From NCBI RefSeq assembly GCF_009914755.1, contig NC_060932.1: 64,000 nt of DNA; one strand, 5' to 3'. Made by a program: the position numbers and the translations under genes. Shown one piece after another: positions 1 through 8,700 of the stretch (position 1 is its first letter; every line of letters begins with the position of its first letter). This DNA is from the human T2T-CHM13v2.0 reference genome, Homo sapiens. The notes beneath the pieces were generated by a model. The model was not told the DNA's origin, searched no databases, and was given only the letters and a program-made list of their open reading frames with translations.

Positions 1-125
1 AGGACCGCCTGTCGATACTGTACTAAGAATTTCATGGCGTGTGCACCTTGTCTTTGGATGTGCTTGATTTTCACGTTGGCTCCATGCTGAGGAACTTCTA
101 ACCTGTGTTGTTTCCTCTCTTTCAG

Positions 126-1088
126 GTTGCAAGCGGGCCAATGCCGGTCCACACAACCAGTAAGAGGCCGCGCTTGGACCCTGTCCTCGCTGATCGCTCA
201 GCTACCGCAATGTCTGGCAGGGGCTCCGTCTTGGCTTCACTGTCTCCCCTCAGAAAAGCCAGCCTGAGCTCCTCCTCAAGTCTTGGACCAAAGGAAAGAC
301 AGACAGGGGCTGCGGCCGACATGCCTCAGCCTGCAGTCAGGCACCAGGGCCGCGAGCCTCTCCTCGTGGTGAAGCCGACACACAGCCGCCCCGAGGGTGG
401 CTGCCGAGAAGTTCCCCAGGCTGCCTCCAAAACCCACGGCCTGCTCCAGGCCGCCAGACCCCAGGCACAAGACAAACGTCCTGCGGTGACCTCACAGCCC
501 TGCCCGCCAGCCGCCACACACAGCTTGGGCCTAGGCTCCAATCTCAGCTTCGGGCCAGGAGCCAAGAGACCTGCCCAGGCTCCGATTCAGGCTTGCCTGA
601 ACTTCCCCAAGAAACCGAGACTGGGTCCCTTCCAGATCCCCGAAAGCGCCATCCAGGGAGGTGAGCTGGGGGCCCCGGAGAATCTCCAACCTCCGCCAGC
701 CGCAACCGAACTTGGACCAAGTACGTCGCCCCAGATGGGCAGGAGGACACCGGCCCAGGTGCCCAGCGTCGACCGGCAGCCTCCGCACAGCAGACCTTGC
801 CTGCCTACTGCCCAGGCCTGCACCATGTCCCATCACTCAGCGGCCAGCCATGATGGGGCCCAGCCTCTCAGAGTGCTCTTCCGGAGACTGGAAAACGGAC
901 GCTGGAGCTCCAGCCTCCTGGCGGCCCCCTCATTTCACTCTCCTGAGAAGCCGGGAGCCTTCCTCGCTCAGAGTCCTCATGTGTCAGAGAAGTCTGAGGC
1001 TCCCTGTGTTCGTGTCCCACCGAGCGTCCTCTATGAGGACCTTCAGGTTTCCTCCTCCTCAGAGGACAGCGATTCTGACCTGGAGTGA
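126..1088 (+). CDS. FAM90A: FAM90A family protein, last coding exon only (copy G0; upstream exons lie outside the window)
   Basis: Polypyrimidine tract and acceptor tttcctctctttcAG end at 125. Exon reads VASGPMPVHTTSKRPRL...SSSSEDSDSDLE*, matching the C-terminal 320 aa of the complete copies. Carries R367. Confidence 0.93.
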   Translation, partial: VASGPMPVHTTSKRPRLDPVLADRSATAMSGRGSVLASLSPLRKASLSSSSSLGPKERQTGAAADMPQPAVRHQGREPLLVVKPTHSRPEGGCREVPQAASKTHGLLQAARPQAQDKRPAVTSQPCPPAATHSLGLGSNLSFGPGAKRPAQAPIQACLNFPKKPRLGPFQIPESAIQGGELGAPENLQPPPAATELGPSTSPQMGRRTPAQVPSVDRQPPHSRPCLPTAQACTMSHHSAASHDGAQPLRVLFRRLENGRWSSSLLAAPSFHSPEKPGAFLAQSPHVSEKSEAPCVRVPPSVLYEDLQVSSSSEDSDSDLE

Positions 1089-1628
1089 GACTGCAGGTGG
1101 CAGGGGCTCCTTGGCCTCCGGCTCCCGTGACTTGGAGGGGACTGTGGGACTGAGGAGCGCAGAGCAGAGAGCACACTCTGTGCGGTGACTCCGAAGCTCC
1201 CCGGCTGTGGCGCTTCTGTGGATGTGGGAGCCCAGGCCAGGCAGGGAGCAGATGCAGGGACTCTGCCTCATTGAATTCTGGTGAGGGACGTTGTAGTTGG
1301 CGTGGTTCTCCGGAAACGCGCCAGGAAAAGCTTCCGTGCCAGAGATTCGTTGCCTCACAAACTGCGTGACGCGCAGGAGTCAGACTTCCGCTGGGACGTC
1401 AATAGGAAACTGGGGAATTACTGTGTATTTGCTCTCTAGATGACTGAATAAGGGAAAAGTTAGGGAACCCTGAGAGGTGCAGCCCTTCCGCTGTGCCCCG
1501 CCCTGAGAGCAGAGTTTCGGACGCTGGGAAGCGTGCTGTGCGAAGCGCTCTCGGGGTCTTTCCTCAGCCTCGAAAACTGGGCTCTGGAATGCCTTTGTAC
1601 ATATGTGTGTTTCATTGGTTTTGAAGTG

Positions 1629-1634
1629 AATAAA
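1629..1634 (+). terminator. FAM90A polyadenylation signal AATAAA (repeated at 9277, 16925, 24573, 32221, 39869, 47517, 55165, 62818)
   Basis: AATAAA ~540 nt after the stop codon, with an upstream TGTA element (~1596) and downstream U/GU-rich tracts (ttgtcttttg, gtgtttgtgtgt). Confidence 0.8.
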
Positions 1635-1702
1635 ATTCTCAAAAAGATGACATATTGTCTTTTGACTCTCATTCCGTGTTTGTGTGTAACTGATTTTCCA
1701 AG

Positions 1703-2735
1703 TGAAGGGGTGGCCTGCCCCTCCACACCTGTGGGTGTTTCTAGTCGGGTGGGATGAGAGACGGAGAAAAGAAATAAGACACAGAGACAAAGTATAGGGA
1801 GACAACAGTGGGTCCAGGGGACCGGCACTCAGCACACCTAGGACCTGCACCGGCACCGGCCTCTGAGTTCCCGCAGTTTTTATTGATTGTGATTTTCATT
1901 ATTTCAGCACAAAGGAATGCAGTAGGGGAGCAGGGTGATAATAAGGGGAAGGTCAACAAAAACAACACAAAACAAACACGTGAGCAAAAGAATCCATATC
2001 ATTATTAAGTTCAAGGGAAGGTACTATGCCTGGACGTGCACGTAGGCCAGATTTATGTTTCTCTCCACACAAATATCTCAGCGGAGTAAAGAATAACAAG
2101 GCAGCATTACTGCCAACATGTCTCGCCTCCCGCCACAGGGCAGCTTTTCTCCGAGCTCAGAGTTGAACAAATGTACGATCGGGCTTTACACCGAGACATT
2201 CAGTTCCCAGGGGCAAGCAGGAGACAGTGGCCTTCCTCCATCTGAACTGCAAGAGGCGTTCCTCTTTGACTAATCCACCTCAGCACAGACCCATTGCGGG
2301 TGTCAGGCTGGGGGACATTCAGGACTTTCCCATCCCACGAGGCCATATTTCAGACTGTCACATGGGGAGAAACCTTGGACAATACCCTGCTATCAAGGGC
2401 AGAGGTCCCTGTGGCTTTCCACGGTGCATTGCGCCCCTGGTTTATTGAGACTAGAGAATGGCAATGACTTCTACCAAGTATACTGCTCGTAAACATTTGG
2501 TTAACAAGGCGCGTCCTGCACAGCCCCAGATCCCTTAAACCTCGATTTTATACAACACAGGTTTTTGTGAGCTCCAAGTTGGGTCAAAGGAAGGGGCTGC
2601 GGCAAGGCAACAAATGAACAACATCTCAGCAAAGCAATTGTTTAAACTACAGGTCTTTTTCAAAATGGAGTCTCTTATGTCTTCCCCTTCTACATAGACA
2701 CAGTGACAGTCTGATCTCTCTTTCTTTACCCTACA
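1703..2735 (-). mobile_element. Solo HERV-K(HML-2) LTR, LTR5A-like, antisense to FAM90A
   Basis: Minus strand begins TGTAGGGTAAAGAAAGAGAGATCAGACTGTCACTGTGTCTATGTAG and ends CACAGGTGTGGAGGGGCAGGCCACCCCTTCA, i.e. TG...CA termini and LTR5-type ends. Length 1,033 bp. 6-bp TSD TCCAAG at 1697-1702 and 2736-2741. LTR AATAAA on the minus strand at 1879-1884. Subfamily assigned from recall of the consensus. Confidence 0.93.
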
Positions 2736-4295
2736 TCCAAGGGCTTGAACATTTCTTGACTTGTTGGCAATCCAAATCGTTACGTCTCCGAAACAGAGTT
2801 GACTGAGGGGACCGCAGGGCTGGGCAGGACCTTTGACTTCCTATACATCCACAGGAGCAAGAAAACCTCAGCCCCACTCTACCAACACGCACCTAGTAAA
2901 ATTCCGCCAACCGCATCTCACGCACGCTAACACGTGGGGAGCGTTGCTTGCACCACGAGTCCCCATTTGGCTCAACCGCCGATGCCAAGTGTGTGGTTCC
3001 AGTTGCGACGGCCCCCCGTGAAGTGGCTTCCGGATGTGCGAAGGAACCAGGCAGAGTTTCACTGGCCAAATAGACCCCAGCAAAGCTGAAGTTAACTCCC
3101 ACATTTGGGATGTACTTCAGAGGTAAAACATTCATCCCGTCTTCTTTCCGGATGTCTGACACCATGGTTCTCCCCCTAATCCTAAGAGTAGCTGAGGCAG
3201 AGACTCACTGAAAGATCTAGGCGGGGATATCCCATCATGCACAGGCTCTCTCCATTCTCTGACCTGGGAACAACTCTCAGCAGGATTCCACATCTAGGAG
3301 GCCTCGGAACTCAGCGGGATTTTCTGAGACACACCAACTGGCTGCTCCCTCTCCGCCGCTGTTGAGGGTCGTTATCTTGATTATCCAGATCACCTAGAAA
3401 GTATCCGTATCCAGAATGAATAAGATCAACTCTCTGCTCCTCTGACAGCAGAAGGAGCAGGACCGTAAGGAACCAAAGAGCGTGGAAGGAAACGATGTGA
3501 CAGGAAAGCTCAGAGAACGGCCACAGGGGGTCGTCAGCAGGCCTTCCAACCTGAATCATGAATAATTAATGAAGCGCAAATCAAAGGGGACTCGAGTTTC
3601 AGCAGGAGCAATTCATCCAACGGGAGATCGCCGGAGGGCCAACAAGATTGAGTGACTGGGAGCCGGGTGCAGTGTCAAAGGGGACGCGACTGGTTCCAAA
3701 GCTCGAGAAGACCATGGGGTCACTTGGGCTACATGAGAAAACGCCCCAGTGTGCTGGTTCATCATTCCGACTCCTGCCTGTCTCTTCCCGTCCAAGGAAC
3801 ATGGACCCTAAGTCGTGCAGGTGCGGATGACCATGGGCAGAATTAGGGGCCGTGGCACAAAAGTTCACCGACACGGGAGTTCCACAGAAGGTGCGGTGGA
3901 TCTTCGCAAATCCAGAGACATGGCAATGGGACCCAGGGAATTACAGCCTCACAGGCGTCCGGGAGACTTTTCAGGCATAATGCCTGGAGTCGCAAGAGGA
4001 GCTGAAAAAGGAGCCAGGCACTGAAGGACAAAGCGTTGTTGACTTTCCTCATCTGTGTTTCCCAGTGCGGTCCAATTCACGGTGGTTTCCAAGCGCCTCC
4101 TGGGGGAGAAAACACATGAGGGTGCGGTCAGGGTTCTCTGCTGACAGACTTACCTTGGGGAAGAAAGAGAAGCTCTGAAGATGGATCATGGCCGTGACTG
4201 CATGTCAAGGAGAGTCTCCTTGATGACACTGAGGCCTACGTCGAGATAGACAAAATGTGGTCCAATTAAAAGGTGTCTATTTTACCACATTTTTT

Positions 4296-4325
4296 AAAAC
4301 AAAACAAAACAAAACAACAAAAAAG
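4296..4325 (+). repeat. (AAAAC)n microsatellite upstream of the promoter; 4 units in copies 1-7, 5 units at ~57832
   Basis: taaaacaaaacaaaacaaaacaacaaaaaa. The extra unit explains the 7,653-bp last period (two further 1-bp indels cancel out). Confidence 0.9.
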
Positions 4326-4483
4326 ATGGAAAAGAAGACAGGGGTACAGGCATCAGTGTTACATGTCTGACGGGGAACATCTATTGTTCAAAGCTTGCAG
4401 CTGTACAAGTAGGTTTTAGAATGTCTGTCAGCAGTGGACATGATCTTAGAGTGGGCTGTGCAGATAGACCTTTCCAGGTCATG

Positions 4484-4600
4484 TAATTGGATTAAGTTAA
4501 TTGCAATTAAGGTACAGGTAACTGATTAGGTTAGGGTACGTTCCATGTCAGGTGACCAGAGGCAGTATGAAAGGCAGCCTGGAAAGCGGAGGTCCCTCTC
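4484..4600 (+). promoter_or_regulatory. Putative FAM90A core promoter (G1): homeodomain sites + DUX4-type motif + variant TATA (TATGAAAG)
   Basis: TAATTGGATTA 4484-4494; palindrome TTAATTGCAATTAA 4497-4510; TGATTAGGTTA 4523-4533; TATGAAAG 4566-4573; pyrimidine-rich start region ~30 nt downstream. Confidence 0.7.
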
Positions 4601-4708
4601 TGCCCCTTCCTCCGTCGTCCTGGATGCTGCATCGCTTCCAGCCGGGCTGCTGCAGCACCTGCCCATCTCAGCGCCAGCCTGGGAAAGAAAGTAGACGTGT
4701 AATTTCAG
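4597..4708 (+). other. Candidate first non-coding exon of FAM90A (one per unit; start approximate)
   Basis: Begins ~30 nt after the TATA box and ends at CAG|GTTGGT (CAG|GTTAGT in G8). The ATG-containing exon has its own acceptor at 5669/5670, which implies an upstream exon. Confidence 0.5.
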
Positions 4709-5052
4709 GTTGGTTTCGCTGAACAATTGTTTGTTTCACGCAATCCCTGAGGGGTTTTTGCGGGGGGTGTGGGGGAGGAAGAGACAAAGGAGGCCGAAAG
4801 AAACCGATCACACTGGGGCTTGCTGGTGGGGTAGGATGTGTTCTCGTTACTAGTAATTCTTGGAACAGAAAACGAGAAAACATATCCGTCTCCACGTGTG
4901 GGAGAAGACCAAGATGGGAATGGGAAAAGAAATGTACTGCAGCATGCTGAATTGGTGGGTAAATGGAAAAAGGACTTTGGAAAAAAGGGGGGTTTGCCCT
5001 TCAGCCGTGTAAGACGTCGATACGATACGGCACTTCTTCCCCGTTTGTTCAG

Positions 5053-5166
5053 ATGAATTCGTGTGGTGTGCGTAAAATACCAGGAAAATAAATAAAGAGG
5101 GGCTGGAGCTAAAGCCAAAAGATAGAACAGGAAAGATCCTCACCTGCTAGTGCGGTAGAGAGGAAG
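5053..5166 (+). other. Candidate optional 5'UTR exon (114 nt) carrying a uORF
   Basis: Acceptor cacttcttccccgtttgttcAG| at 5052; donor AAG|GTAACT at 5166/5167. Confidence 0.4.
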
Positions 5167-5725
5167 GTAACTTCTCTGTATGAATTTGTGCTTGGAAGTT
5201 GCCTAATGAAATGGCAAGAGTAGCGATTCAAGTTGTCACAGGAAGCATCCCTTATCCGTGACTTCAAGCAGACCTGCCAAAGGGTGGCACACGCCATGCC
5301 CTGTGTCTTCGATCATTCTGTCCGTCAAGGGAGATAGAATCACCGTGTCTTCTACCGGAGTGAATCGTGAGAGACCTAAGTCCAGTCTCCAGAATCAGTT
5401 GTTTGTTTGGGGTTGAAAGCTCAACCCCCCCATACCTAGGCCACGGGCCCTGTGGCAGGTGGGGTTTACTCTTGGACTAGGTAGTCATGGCAGAGGAACA
5501 CACAATATCCGAGGATGCGCACAGCACATTGTGTTCTACAGATTTGACCGACTGGTGGTGAGGTCTCCTCATGACCACACAGGCAGGGAGTTAGCAGGTG
5601 GCTTCCTGTGGGTGTGTGAATATCCAACGTGCTTAACCATCGACATGTGTGTGTTTGTGTGTGTTTCAGGTGGCCCAACAGTCCACCCCTGAAAAAGGCG
5701 GTCATAAAACCCCCAGGAGACGAAG

Positions 5726-8700
5726 ATGATGGCACGTCGGGACCCCAAATCTTGGGCCAAGAGACTGGTGAGAGCCCAGACCCTCCAGAAGCAGCGGAGG
5801 GCCCCAGTTGGGCCAAGGGCTCCCCCGCCCGATGAAGAAGATCCCAGGGTAAGTGTAGCCCTGGATCTCTTGGGTATCGGGGTGGGGGTGGGGACGGGGG
5901 GAGGGGCTGTCCCACGGTCCTCAGAGACTGGGTTGGATTCCAAAGAGTTCTGTCACCACCAGCCAGGTTGCTTTTCCCATCCAAGGTGGGCGTGGCTTGG
6001 GACCTTCTCCCCGGCCCGATAGGTCCCTTGAGAGACTCTTGGGGGCAACCTCCCTTTCTACTTAGAGTCCTGTGTAGCCATGTTTGGCTGCGTTGTTGAC
6101 ATCGGCTTCACCATCGTGCCCCTTGGAACCTTGAGTCCTTCCTTTCAGAGTTCCTCCGTCACATGGGCTTTGCGAGGGAACATCGTATCCGAACTCTCCC
6201 AGCACTTAACGGCCCCCATGCCGGTGTCCCCTCTTTGGAATCCTTATTCAGCTCTGAATTCACAATCCGTCCCAATGTTGACGTGGGATCGCTGCCTGTG
6301 GCTTCAGCTCACTCACTGACATCACTTCCTTTCCACCCGCAGCTCAAGTGCAAAAACTGCGGGGCCTTTGGCCACACGGCCAGAAGTACCAGGTGCCCCA
6401 TGAAGTGCTGGAAGGCAGCCCTGGTTCCAGCGACCTTGGGGAAAAAGGAAGGGAAGGAAAACCTGAAACCATGGAAGCCCCGGGGTGAAGCCAACCCGGG
6501 GCCCTTGAACAAGGATAAGGGAGAGAAGGAAGAGAGACCAAGGTGAGCAGTGGGAGGGGTTTTCACCACTCTTAGGGTACGGCCTCCCAAGGACATGGTG
6601 TCTCTGCACCTGCACACCGTGTGCCTTTCCGTCTCCGGGCCAGGGAAGGAACGCTGCAGAGAAATAGGCCGGAGCTCCGTGTCCTCCGGGGTTCCACACC
6701 CAGGAGCTCCTTGGGCTCTGGGAGATTCAGGGACGGGGAGAGGCGGGGGCGCTTCGTGCAGGTTCCCCACGACAGCGGGAAAAGCGATGGAATCCAAATC
6801 ACAGTCCTTAGTTGGGAAGCCTAGAGGGCCACCTGGAGGATGGGAAGGTTGGCACGTGAGGGAAGGTGCAGAGGCGGAAAGGGCACCAGATGTCCATTTC
6901 TGTATCACAAAACACGGAATGGGGCTGGGCCCCAGACGGGGTTCTCCCTGTCTCCTGGGGAAAACCAGGGGGCACGGCCTGACCTTCTTCTGTTCTGCAG
7001 GCAACAAGACCCGCAGAGGAAGGCTCTCCTCCACATGTTTTCCGGGAAACCTCCAGAGAAGCCGCTGCCGAATGGAAAAGGATCCACGGAATCTTCTGAT
7101 TATCTGAGGGCGAGTGTCACCCCGGGCCCCTGGTCTTTTTCTCCTCTAGGTCACCCTGGTTGATTTCCTTTCAGCTTCCCGTCTGCGGGAGGAAATCGGG
7201 GAACCCCTCTTTCTTGCCTTCTTGGGGTCAGGGACTCCACGATCCTTCCAGGTCAATTGGATTCCAGGCGAAGGCATCTGAACATGCCGTATTTCCTGTT
7301 GCTTTCTTTCTGTCCAATTATGGCAAGCCTGCCAACAACACGTTCCTAGCGGCATGAGGAAATTAGTCCCTCAGAGGCCCCAAACGTGGAGAAGGCGAAA
7401 CCCAGGAACATGCATGTGTTCAGAGAAGACGTCCCGAGTACCCTTGAGCCAGCAACCTGCCTTGGGAAGGGCATTAGTCCGTTCCACTTCATGGAAGGCT
7501 GAGTGGAGGCGCTTTGATCCAGTTAATGCCCAAGACGCGATCTTTTGAACAATGGTGTGCTTAGATCAGCTACACATAGCTCGAGAGCGCATCTTTCATG
7601 TGTCTTGTCCTGATCAGCACTCAGGTGGAGGGTCTGTCCCTACTTCCAAGGACCGCCTGTCGATACTGTACTAAGAATTTCATGGCGTGTGCACCTTGTC
7701 TTTGGATGTGCTTGATTTTCACGTTGGCTCCATGCTGAGGAACTTCTAACCTGTGTTGTTTCCTCTCTTTCAGGTTGCAAGCGGGCCAATGCCGGTCCAC
7801 ACAACCAGTAAGAGGCCGCGCTTGGACCCTGTCCTCGCTGATCGCTCAGCTACCGCAATGTCTGGCAGGGGCTCCGTCTTGGCTTCACTGTCTCCCCTCA
7901 GAAAAGCCAGCCTGAGCTCCTCCTCAAGTCTTGGACCAAAGGAAAGACAGACAGGGGCTGCGGCCGACATGCCTCAGCCTGCAGTCAGGCACCAGGGCCG
8001 CGAGCCTCTCCTCGTGGTGAAGCCGACACACAGCCGCCCCGAGGGTGGCTGCCGAGAAGTTCCCCAGGCTGCCTCCAAAACCCACGGCCTGCTCCAGGCC
8101 GCCAGACCCCAGGCACAAGACAAACGTCCTGCGGTGACCTCACAGCCCTGCCCGCCAGCCGCCACACACAGCTTGGGCCTAGGCTCCAATCTCAGCTTCG
8201 GGCCAGGAGCCAAGAGACCTGCCCAGGCTCCGATTCAGGCTTGCCTGAACTTCCCCAAGAAACCGAGACTGGGTCCCTTCCAGATCCCCGAAAGCGCCAT
8301 CCAGGGAGGTGAGCTGGGGGCCCCGGAGAATCTCCAACCTCCGCCAGCCGCAACCGAACTTGGACCAAGTACGTCGCCCCAGATGGGCAGGAGGACACCG
8401 GCCCAGGTGCCCAGCGTCGACCGGCAGCCTCCGCACAGCACACCTTGCCTGCCTACTGCCCAGGCCTGCACCATGTCCCATCACTCAGCGGCCAGCCATG
8501 ATGGGGCCCAGCCTCTCAGAGTGCTCTTCCGGAGACTGGAAAACGGACGCTGGAGCTCCAGCCTCCTGGCGGCCCCCTCATTTCACTCTCCTGAGAAGCC
8601 GGGAGCCTTCCTCGCTCAGAGCCCTCATGTGTCAGAGAAGTCTGAGGCTCCCTGTGTTCGTGTCCCACCGAGCGTCCTCTATGAGGACCTTCAGGTTTCC

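Noticed and set aside
105-125. Start of the 327-aa ORF (MLFPLFQ) as a standalone gene
   Set aside because: The start is a GTG inside the polypyrimidine tract of the intron; the ORF is the last exon of the spliced FAM90A gene.
1380-2448. ORFs across the LTR as retroviral genes
   Set aside because: The TSD directly flanks a single LTR, with no PBS or gag/pol/env. The 158-aa ORF is broken by a stop in the last three copies.
4246-4292. Interleaved complementary pairs (atagaca/tgtctat; aaatgtggt/accacattt) suggesting a pseudoknot
   Set aside because: Loop geometry is atypical for an H-type pseudoknot, the stems are AT-rich, and the site lies upstream of the presumed TSS.
4526-4536. TTAGGTTAGGG as an interstitial telomere repeat
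   Set aside because: Only one perfect TTAGGG; better explained as part of the DUX4-type motif.
4546-4557. TGTCAggTGACC as an estrogen response element
   Set aside because: The spacer is 2 nt rather than 3, and one half-site is imperfect.
6309-7034. 241-aa minus-strand ORF, plus the 185-aa and 175-aa alternative-frame ORFs
   Set aside because: These are GC-rich shadow ORFs overlapping real exons and introns. Their recurrence reflects unit duplication, not constraint.
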